Below are positions 22,031 through 29,079 of a stretch of DNA of 44,088 nt, piece after piece. The notes under the pieces were generated by a model. That model was not told the origin of the DNA. It saw only the letters and a program-made list of their open reading frames with translations, and did no database searches. Every line of letters begins with the position of its first letter. Positions within the stretch are counted from its first letter, which is position 1. The stretch comes from Bacteroidales bacterium (GTDB lineage: Bacteria; Bacteroidota; Bacteroidia; Bacteroidales; P3), in the NCBI GenBank assembly GCA_028709955.1, contig JAQUTD010000001.1, forward strand, positions 1-44,088. Reading direction: 5' to 3'. The position numbers were made by a program, and so were the translations under genes.

Positions 22031-23566
22031 TCAACCCTGATGCTGATCTCTTAAAAGGTCGGTAATTTCCTTTACAGGAGTGAAGGTTTCGATAGGAACC
22101 TCAACAAAAAGAGTTATCCAATTTGCCATTGCTCCATTCCAAAGTCCGGGAAGCTCCTGTGCTTTTATAATTTTCCCATCTTTGGATTTGTTGGATATAA
22201 ATCCTAAGTCCTTGTCAACATAGTTTCTTAAGTCGAAATTCTCCCCCTTATAGTTCTTAACTCCACAAACCAAGTCAACTGGATTGAAGTATTGCGAATT
22301 GTAAAACAGGTCTCTCTGAGTTTCATCAAGAATATCTATCTGTGCACTTTCCACAATTTGAAGGCTCCTTTGCCCCTGTTTCTCAACCCAAAATGGTCCT
22401 CCTCCTGGTTCTCCAACGTTCTTTACAACTCCACAAACCCTGATTGGACGATTTATTTTCTTAAATAATAAATCCATAATATCTCCATTTTCCTTCTCTT
22501 TTTCGGTGAGACTTATGCCTAATTTAGTGGTTAGGGTTATAATATCTACAACATCTTGAGCATTTAGATTCCCTTTTTCCAGTTTCCTAAGGGCAGAAAA
22601 AACTTCTTCTTGGGTTTGAAGCAGTATGCCTGCAATAAGCTTTTTGTATTTGTAGGTGTGGGATTTTAGCTTGTCGTGAGCAACATTATCTATATTCTTA
22701 ATGAAGATTATATCACCCTTAATGTCGTTTAGGTTTTCAATAAGTGCTCCATGTCCTGATGGACGGAAGATTAATTGACCTTCCTTGTCGTATGCTAAGC
22801 TATTGTCGGGATTAAGTGCAATGGTGTCGGTTGAGGGTTTTTGAATTGAGTAGGTTATGGTATAAGTTACTGAAAACAGGTTTTCGTAGTAGGGCTTTAT
22901 TTGATTTACAAATTCCTCAACCTCTGTTTGATGCTCCTCAGACAGGGTAAAGTGGATATTAACATTTGAGTTTGACTCCTTTGCATATTCAACTGCCTCA
23001 ACAAAATGTTCCTCTATGGCATAGCGAATCTTCCTTTTGAGTGATGGATACTGGTGAAATGCAATAAGTGCCTTGGGCAATTTGCCGTAGTTAAGCCCTA
23101 TTTCGGTTAGGATATAGTTTATTATTGTGGTGTAGTTTTTGTCTTCTAAGAACTGCTCTAAGGAAATGGAAGTGCTATCAATTTTTGATTTCAACTCATC
23201 GTAGAAGGCGAATTTATTGAGGTTTTCTATGGTTTTCTGTGCCTTGGGAAAGTCTTTCAGGGTGTAGTCCAAGCCTATATAGAGGGCAGAAAACTCAAAT
23301 AAATCCTTAAACATCCGAGTTGCTGCCCCTGAGGAGGGTACAAATTTGAGTATGGAATGCTTGGATTGGTTTTTTTCATAGAACTGAATTGCCTGCTCTA
23401 TTTCTTTTTCTGAAAGGTCTAAAATTCCGTTTCCGATTGTTACGTTTTGGCAAATTTGAACAAAGGGAAAGCCCTTAATAAAATTCATAATTTGCCCTTC
23501 AACCTCATCAACACTTAATCCATGCTCAATGATTTGCTCTATATCTATTTTTGAAAGTTGGTTCAT
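22031..23566 (-). CDS. DUF4301-family protein; looks like a divergent UDPGP-type nucleotidyltransferase (see findings)
   Basis: The 511-aa ORF starts 30 bp downstream of glmS on the same strand. It contains the motifs KFVPSSGAATRMF, RPSGHGALIENL, IKNIDNV and EVPIETFTPVKEITDLL. Confidence 0.7.
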   Translation of the reverse strand: MNQLSKIDIEQIIEHGLSVDEVEGQIMNFIKGFPFVQICQNVTIGNGILDLSEKEIEQAIQFYEKNQSKHSILKFVPSSGAATRMFKDLFEFSALYIGLDYTLKDFPKAQKTIENLNKFAFYDELKSKIDSTSISLEQFLEDKNYTTIINYILTEIGLNYGKLPKALIAFHQYPSLKRKIRYAIEEHFVEAVEYAKESNSNVNIHFTLSEEHQTEVEEFVNQIKPYYENLFSVTYTITYSIQKPSTDTIALNPDNSLAYDKEGQLIFRPSGHGALIENLNDIKGDIIFIKNIDNVAHDKLKSHTYKYKKLIAGILLQTQEEVFSALRKLEKGNLNAQDVVDIITLTTKLGISLTEKEKENGDIMDLLFKKINRPIRVCGVVKNVGEPGGGPFWVEKQGQRSLQIVESAQIDILDETQRDLFYNSQYFNPVDLVCGVKNYKGENFDLRNYVDKDLGFISNKSKDGKIIKAQELPGLWNGAMANWITLFVEVPIETFTPVKEITDLLRDQHQG

Positions 23567-23596
23567 AAATAGGTTTTATTTTAATTATTGGGTAGT

Positions 23597-25441
23597 TTAT
23601 TCCACTGTTACCGATTTTGCCAAGTTGCGTGGCTGGTCAACATTTCTTCCTTTTTTGGTTGCAACATAGTAGGAAAGCAACTGGAGAGGAATAACTGTTA
23701 GAAGAGGAGTCAGGCATTCTTCGGTGTCGGGAATCTCAATACAGAAATCTGCCATCTTCTTTATGTCAACATCACCCTTTGTTACTATGGCTATGATTTT
23801 GCCTTTTCTTGCCTTTATTTCCTGAACATTACTAACAACCTTATCATAAGTTCTGAGCTTTGGAGTGACTACCACAACAGGCATTTCCTCGTCTATAAGG
23901 GCAATAGGTCCATGTTTCATTTCTGCTGCAGGGTAACCTTCTGCATGTATATAAGAAATTTCCTTAAGTTTTAATGCTCCTTCCAAGGCAACTGGATAGT
24001 TGTAGCCCCTGCCCAAATACATAAAGTTGCGAGCATAAGTAAAGACTGATGCCATTGTTTCAATCTCTTGGTTGAGGGTGAATATCTCCTCTATCTTAGA
24101 GTTGATATTGGTTAATTCGGTAACTATTTTTTTGTAACGCTGTTCTGAAAGGGTCTTTAATTCTCTTCCAATTGTTAGTGCCATCATAATCAGAACGGTG
24201 ACTTGGGTGGTGAAAGCCTTGGTTGAGGCAACTCCTATTTCCGGTCCTGCATGGGTGTAGGTGCCGGAGTCGGTTCCTCGAGCTATCGAACTGCCTACAA
24301 CATTACATACTCCATATATAAATGCACCTTTCTCACGAGCCAAATCCATTGCCGCTAAGGTGTCGGCAGTTTCTCCAGACTGGGATATCGGGATTAGGAT
24401 ATCGCCAGGGTTTATCACCGGATTGCGGTATCTAAACTCCGATGCCACCTCAACCTCAACAGGAATTCGACAGAACTCTTCAATCAAATACTTGCCAATA
24501 AGTCCTGCATGCCATGATGTCCCACAGGCAGTTATAAGTATGCGTTTGGCTTTTTTAAACTTGTCAATATGGTTAATTACACCACTGAGTTTTATTTCCT
24601 TAAGCTCCGTATTGAGCCTTCCATTCATACACATGGTCAAACTCTTACTCTGCTCAAAGATTTCCTTTAACATAAAATGAGGATATCCCCCTTTCTCAAT
24701 GTCTTCAAGGGTAAGCATTATCTTCGATGTTTCGTGTTGAACATCAATATCTTTGAGGGTGTGAATTAGGGGCTGATGACCTCTTTCAAGCTTTACAACC
24801 TCTTCATCATTAAGATATATAACCTCCGAAGTGTATTCTATGATTGGTGTTGCGTCCGATCCCAAAAAGAATTCTCCCTCTCCTACCCCAACAATAAGTG
24901 GACTTCCCTTACGTGCTGCAACCAATACATCAGGATTATTTCTTTCAATCACCCCAATGGCATAGGCTCCAATAACAAATCGAAGTGTCCTTTTAACAGC
25001 ATCAAATAGTGATAGATTATATCTCTTTTTAATATATTCAATGGCCTGAACCAAAACTTCGGTGTCGGTTTCACTCTTAAAGCTATATCCTTCCTTAATT
25101 AATAGCTTCTTGATGGTGAGGTAATTCTCTATTATACCATTGTGAATGAGTGCTATATTTTCAGTTTGTGAATAGTGCGGATGGGCGTTAACATCATTAG
25201 GTTCTCCATGAGTTGCCCAACGTGTATGAGCAATTCCAATAGTCCCACTAATGTCCTTACCCTCACAATACTGCTCTAAATTCTTTACTTTTCCTTTGGA
25301 TTTATACACACTAAGATTAGAATCCTTATTTAAAAGAGCTACTCCAGCACTGTCATAACCCCTGTATTCAAGACGTTTCAGTCCCTTTATCAATATAGGA
25401 TAAGCCTCTCTATACCCTATATAACCTACTATACCACACAT
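23597..25441 (-). CDS. glmS: Glutamine--fructose-6-phosphate aminotransferase (isomerizing), 614 aa, start MCGIVGY at 25441
   Basis: The ORF has the N-terminal nucleophile MCGIVGYIG, two SIS domains (ACGTSWHAG, SQSGETADT) and a C-terminal KSVTVE. Confidence 0.97.
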   Translation of the reverse strand: MCGIVGYIGYREAYPILIKGLKRLEYRGYDSAGVALLNKDSNLSVYKSKGKVKNLEQYCEGKDISGTIGIAHTRWATHGEPNDVNAHPHYSQTENIALIHNGIIENYLTIKKLLIKEGYSFKSETDTEVLVQAIEYIKKRYNLSLFDAVKRTLRFVIGAYAIGVIERNNPDVLVAARKGSPLIVGVGEGEFFLGSDATPIIEYTSEVIYLNDEEVVKLERGHQPLIHTLKDIDVQHETSKIMLTLEDIEKGGYPHFMLKEIFEQSKSLTMCMNGRLNTELKEIKLSGVINHIDKFKKAKRILITACGTSWHAGLIGKYLIEEFCRIPVEVEVASEFRYRNPVINPGDILIPISQSGETADTLAAMDLAREKGAFIYGVCNVVGSSIARGTDSGTYTHAGPEIGVASTKAFTTQVTVLIMMALTIGRELKTLSEQRYKKIVTELTNINSKIEEIFTLNQEIETMASVFTYARNFMYLGRGYNYPVALEGALKLKEISYIHAEGYPAAEMKHGPIALIDEEMPVVVVTPKLRTYDKVVSNVQEIKARKGKIIAIVTKGDVDIKKMADFCIEIPDTEECLTPLLTVIPLQLLSYYVATKKGRNVDQPRNLAKSVTVE

Positions 25442-25480
25442 ATTATTATAATTATATCGTTGATTGAAATTTACTAATTG

Positions 25481-25488
25481 CAAAAGTA
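25481..25488 (-). promoter_or_regulatory. -7 box TACTTTTG upstream of glmS
   Basis: The plus-strand sequence caaaagta lies 40 bp upstream of the MCGIVG start, implying a short 5' UTR. Confidence 0.45.
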
Positions 25489-25548
25489 ATTATTCTTTTC
25501 CAATTATCCAATATTTTGATTTAAAAACTTCAATTTTAATTTATAGAA

Positions 25549-25588
25549 AAAGCAAAACGCCAATTTCAACTATGTAAATTGGCGTTTT
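25549..25588 (-). terminator. Rho-independent terminator of the HU-like gene
   Basis: A perfect 13-bp stem (aaaacgccaattt / aaattggcgtttt) has a 9-nt loop and is followed on the minus strand by gcTTTTT. It lies 43 bp after the stop codon. Confidence 0.7.
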
Positions 25589-25630
25589 GGTTCTAATAAA
25601 TAATTGTTTTTAACTCTGAGAAATGAAGAT

Positions 25631-26062
25631 TTACGGATTTGGCTCGTCAGTTTTAAGTTGAAGACCCTTAATTTCTTCAATAGGGTCAAGCTCAACCTTA
25701 ATGGTTTTAATCTTATCTCTCAATTTGTTATCTGGTCGAAATTTCAACCTCCTGCTGGTGATTGTGTCAACTGTAACTTCCTCTAAGGTGTTAACAGCTT
25801 TGGCTCTAAAATCAGGATAAATAGTCCCAACGCCAGCAATTTCAATAGGGTTTCCCTCCATCAATTCCTCAACCATAATGTCGGAAAGCTGAAGTAAAAC
25901 ACCGTAAGCATCACCTCTTGTCATTGACGAACGAGCCTGAATTCTATGTGCTAACTCATCAAAGCCAATGGTTTTCTTCTTTTTTATTCGAGCCAGGAAC
26001 TTCAAACCAGGGGTTAGACCCACAGTAATCATTCGTTGAACACGGACAAAGAACAAAGACAT
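25631..26062 (-). CDS. HU-family (Bacteroidota HU_HIG-type) DNA-binding protein
   Basis: The 143-aa ORF has the layout VRVQR...GLKFLARIKKKKTIGFDELAHRIQARSSMTRGDAYGVLLQLSDIMVEELMEGNPIEIAGVGT. This matches the Bacteroides-type histone-like paralogs. The call is by eye only. Confidence 0.7.
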   Translation of the reverse strand: MSLFFVRVQRMITVGLTPGLKFLARIKKKKTIGFDELAHRIQARSSMTRGDAYGVLLQLSDIMVEELMEGNPIEIAGVGTIYPDFRAKAVNTLEEVTVDTITSRRLKFRPDNKLRDKIKTIKVELDPIEEIKGLQLKTDEPNP

Positions 26063-26169
26063 AAATACCTCCTTTTTTAATGGTGAATAAAATATGTTTA
26101 CCCAAGATTAACGAAATCCGAATTATAAATATTGTATATAAAAACGTAAAAATTTCGATTCGAAAGTTC

Positions 26170-26417
26170 CAAATCGCCGTTTTGGAGGCATCAAATCGCC
26201 GTTTTGAAAGGGTCAAATCTACCGATATGCTATGGTCAAATCGCCGATTTGGAGTAATCAAATCTACCGTTATGACCATACCATAACGCCCGTTATGACT
26301 ATACCATAAAGCCCGTTATGACTATACCATAACGCCCGTTATGACCATACCATAACGCCCGTTATGAGTATGTCATAACGGGCGTTATGGTTTTGCAAAT
26401 CGGCGATATAAGATAAT
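26170..26417. repeat. Tandem array of 11 units with 22-23 bp period; each unit is an imperfect palindrome (core types TCCAAATCGCCGTTTTGGA and CATAACGCCCGTTATG)
   Basis: Units start at 26170, 26192, 26214, 26237, 26259, 26282, 26305, 26328, 26351, 26374 and 26396. U6 and U8 are identical except for one base. U10 is the inverted copy of U9. Confidence 0.9.
26350..26394 (+). terminator. Perfect 18-bp inverted repeat (ccataacgcccgttatga / tcataacgggcgttatgg), 5-nt loop, followed by TTTT; terminator-like on the plus strand
   Basis: This was read directly from the sequence and is formed by the last two B-type units of the array. No annotated plus-strand gene lies upstream, so its function as a terminator is uncertain. 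Confidence 0.35.
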
Positions 26418-26533
26418 CTATTGGAAGATATGCAGTTAGAAAATCCCCTTTCCCCTCTTTTTAAAAGGAATTTGCTAATGGATAAAAAACTCAATTTCTA
26501 ATTGATAAATCTTAGTTGCAATTAATTTTATTC

Positions 26534-26541
26534 TATCTTTG
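26534..26541 (+). promoter_or_regulatory. -7 box TATCTTTG upstream of trpS
   Basis: This is an exact match ending 27 bp before the trpS ATG. Confidence 0.5.
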
Positions 26542-26568
26542 CAAAATATAAAATCTTAGTTATATAGA

Positions 26569-27564
26569 ATGGAAACAATCGTAAGTGGAATGCGCCCTAC
26601 TGGGAATCTTCATCTTGGAAGTTATTTTGGCGCCTTAAGAAATTTTATCTCCCTGCAAGAAAATCACCAATGCTTCTTCTTTGTTGCTGACTATCACTCC
26701 CTAACAACTCACCCTCACCCTAAGGATTTACACCAAAACGTTAGGACCATATTGTCTCAATACCTTGCCTGCGGACTCGACCCCAATAAGGCAACTATCT
26801 ATATTCAAAGCCAATTACCGCAGACTGCCGAGTTGTATATGTTCCTTAATATGAATGCTTATTTGGGAGAATTGGAGAGGGTAACCTCCTTTAAGGACAA
26901 GGTGAGAAAGCAACCTAATAATGTTAATGCTGGGCTTTTGACCTATCCAACCTTGATGGCGGCTGATATAATTATTCATAAAGCAACTCGTGTTCCAGTG
27001 GGTAAGGACCAGGAGCAACACCTTGAAATGACCAGAACATTTGCTTCTCGTTTTAATAAAATGTATGATATTGACTATTTTCCAGAGCCGATTGCTTATA
27101 ATTTTGGCAACGATTTGGTTAAGGTGCCAGGCCTTGATGGAAGTGGTAAGATGGGCAAATCGGAGGCTGAAGGCAATGCTTTATTTCTTGTGGATAGTGC
27201 TGATATTGTTCGCAAAAAGATTATGAGAGCCAAAACAGACGCCGGTCCTAAGACTCCAAATGAGAAAAAATCCCAAGAGATAGAGAATATATTCCTGCTT
27301 ATGAAACTGGTTTCCAAGCAAGAAACTATTAATTATTTTGAAGAGAAATACAACGATTGCACCATCCGATATGGCGATATGAAGAAGCAATTGGCAGAAG
27401 ATATGATATTGTTTACCACTCCAATAAGGGAGAAAATCTTAGAAATTGAGAGTGATAATCAGTATTTACGCAAGGTTGTGAGTGAGGGAGAAGAAAAGGC
27501 AAGAGCCTCTGCAGATAAAACAATTCGAGAAGTTAGGGAAATCATAGGCTTTAAATCCTTCTAA
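26569..27564 (+). CDS. trpS: Tryptophan--tRNA ligase
   Basis: The 331-aa ORF has a class I HIGH-like motif (PTGNLHLGSYFG) and a KMSKS-like motif (KMGKS). Confidence 0.96.
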   Translation: METIVSGMRPTGNLHLGSYFGALRNFISLQENHQCFFFVADYHSLTTHPHPKDLHQNVRTILSQYLACGLDPNKATIYIQSQLPQTAELYMFLNMNAYLGELERVTSFKDKVRKQPNNVNAGLLTYPTLMAADIIIHKATRVPVGKDQEQHLEMTRTFASRFNKMYDIDYFPEPIAYNFGNDLVKVPGLDGSGKMGKSEAEGNALFLVDSADIVRKKIMRAKTDAGPKTPNEKKSQEIENIFLLMKLVSKQETINYFEEKYNDCTIRYGDMKKQLAEDMILFTTPIREKILEIESDNQYLRKVVSEGEEKARASADKTIREVREIIGFKSF

Positions 27565-27581
27565 CAAACCCTTTATAAACC

Positions 27582-28250
27582 ATGTCAAAACTTTATCTTG
27601 TTCCCACTCCAATCGGCAATCTTGAAGATATAACACTTCGAGCAATAAGGATATTGAAGGAAGTTGACCTGATTCTTGCCGAAGACACACGCACCTCAAA
27701 GCCTCTTTTAAAACATTTTGAAATCACCACCCCACTCCAATCACATCACCTTTATAATGAACATGAAAAAGTCAATTTGATTATACAGGAACTTAAGTTT
27801 GGCAGGACCATAGCCCTGATTTCGGATGCAGGAACTCCCGCCATATCCGACCCAGGCTTCCTCTTGGTGAGAGAATGTATTAAGAATGATATTGATGTAG
27901 AGACCCTTCCAGGAGCCACAGCCTTTGTTCCAGCATTAGTAAATTCAGGTTTGCCATGTGAGAGATTTAGTTTTGAGGGCTTCCTACCGCAGAAAAAGGG
28001 ACGTCAAACCAAACTTGAGAGCTTAGTTGAAGAGCCACGAACAATGATATTTTATGAGTCTCCCCATCGTTTAATCAAAACCTTGAACTCCTTTGCGGAC
28101 TATTTTGGTCAAGAAAGAAAGGCATCTGTCAGTCGTGAAATATCCAAGATGTTTGAGGAAAATAGAAGAGGCACCCTAAGAGAACTGATAGATTATTTCG
28201 AGCAAAAAACCATTAAGGGAGAGATAGTAATTGTTGTTCAGGGCAAGTAA
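27582..28250 (+). CDS. rsmI: 16S rRNA (cytidine1402-2'-O)-methyltransferase
   Basis: The N-terminus reads LYLVPTPIGNLEDITLRAIRILKEVDLILAEDTR, and the motifs SDAGTPAISDPG and FYESPHR are present. Confidence 0.93.
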   Translation: MSKLYLVPTPIGNLEDITLRAIRILKEVDLILAEDTRTSKPLLKHFEITTPLQSHHLYNEHEKVNLIIQELKFGRTIALISDAGTPAISDPGFLLVRECIKNDIDVETLPGATAFVPALVNSGLPCERFSFEGFLPQKKGRQTKLESLVEEPRTMIFYESPHRLIKTLNSFADYFGQERKASVSREISKMFEENRRGTLRELIDYFEQKTIKGEIVIVVQGK

Positions 28251-28338
28251 ATCCTCTACTGCAAACAATCAAATCTAAGATTCATAACCACCAAATCTTC
28301 CCTATATATATAATGTATGGTCGGAAAGAGAGAATTAA

Positions 28339-28920
28339 TTAGAAGATTTTATCAGGGTTATTGGAAACAAAAGACGCCCAGGAAGTTTTTTTTGATTTAG
28401 GGCAAACCTTGGTTTCTCCCTTTGGAATCATGTCATTTTGGTTGAAATGACAAACAGCCACAGCCAATGCATCGGTTGCATCCATAAGCTTAGGCATATC
28501 TTCAAACTTCACAATTCTTTGTAACATAATAGCCACTTGCTCCTTTGAGGAGGCTCCATTTCCTGTTATGGATTGTTTGATTTTTCTTGGGGAATACTCC
28601 ACAAAGGGGATACTTCTTGAGAAAGCCGCCGCAATACACAGTCCTTGAGCTCTTCCCAGCTTTAGCATAGACTGAACATTCTTCCCAAAAAATGGAGCTT
28701 CAATGGATAGGATATCGGGGTTATACTTATCAATAATCGTAACAATTGAGTCGAACAAAACCTTCATTCTTGTTGACATATCCTTAATTTTACCCAATTT
28801 CAAAACGTCCATTTCCAATAGGGTAATTGCCTTTCCTTTTTGCTCAATTACTGAATATCCCAACACATTTGTGCCGGGGTCAATACCCAAAATTATCCTT
28901 TCCTTAACTCCATTTCTCAT
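28339..28920 (-). CDS. ruvC: Crossover junction endodeoxyribonuclease RuvC (start at 28920 preferred; ORF extends to 28950)
   Basis: The motif RIILGIDPGTNVLGYSVIE contains the catalytic Asp, and the DATDALAVAVCH motif is also present. A TAnnTTTG box at 28955-28962 would place the transcription start at or after the 28950 ATG. Confidence 0.88.
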   Translation of the reverse strand: MRNGVKERIILGIDPGTNVLGYSVIEQKGKAITLLEMDVLKLGKIKDMSTRMKVLFDSIVTIIDKYNPDILSIEAPFFGKNVQSMLKLGRAQGLCIAAAFSRSIPFVEYSPRKIKQSITGNGASSKEQVAIMLQRIVKFEDMPKLMDATDALAVAVCHFNQNDMIPKGETKVCPKSKKTSWASFVSNNPDKIF

Positions 28921-28954
28921 TGTATTTGTATTAATATCTGTAATTTCCATTGGG

Positions 28955-28962
28955 CAAAAATA
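28955..28962 (-). promoter_or_regulatory. -7 box TATTTTTG upstream of ruvC
   Basis: The plus-strand sequence caaaaata lies 35 bp upstream of the preferred ruvC start at 28920. Confidence 0.4.
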
Positions 28963-29017
28963 ACAAAAAATAAGTTAAAATCGACTTATTATATTAGGAG
29001 ATTTGAAGAAGTCTAAG

Positions 29018-29025
29018 TATATTTG
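29018..29025 (+). promoter_or_regulatory. -7 box TATATTTG upstream of the POT transporter gene
   Basis: This is an exact match 55 bp upstream of the ATG. Confidence 0.45.
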
Positions 29026-29079
29026 CAATCTTAAATTTAGTAAAAGAGTACAATTAATTAATAATTAAAAAAGAAAACT

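Noticed and set aside
24261-25009. Plus-strand ORFs 24261..24680 (139 aa) and 24776..25009
   Set aside because: They are antisense to glmS, whose assignment is certain.
25442-25483. Extended glmS start (MQLVNFNQRYNYNNM...) and a glmS ribozyme in the 5' UTR
   Set aside because: GlmS needs Cys as its first residue after Met removal, so the MCGIVG start at 25441 is correct. A -7 box at 25481-25488 leaves only a ~35-nt leader. The rest of the spacer is the HU-gene terminator, so there is no room for the ~170-nt ribozyme and I saw none of its motifs.
25959-26286. ORFs 25959..26279 (-, 106 aa) and 26080..26286 (+, 68 aa)
   Set aside because: Both run through the tandem repeat array, so their peptides simply echo the repeats (for example SNRRFERVKST/SNRRFGVIKST). 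One overlaps the HU-like gene start. Neither has a family resemblance or a promoter context.
26170-26417. Repeat array as a CRISPR array
   Set aside because: The units abut each other with no unique spacers. The period of 22-23 bp is shorter than a repeat-plus-spacer unit. The units are degenerate rather than identical, and no cas genes are in the window.
26063-26568. Chromosomal oriC (AT-rich stretch plus repeats)
   Set aside because: I found no DnaA-box-like TTATCCACA or TGTGGATAA sequence. The closest, TTATGACCA within the repeat units, matches only 6 of 9 positions. No dnaA or dnaN gene is nearby. The idea is kept only as a remote possibility under the main finding.
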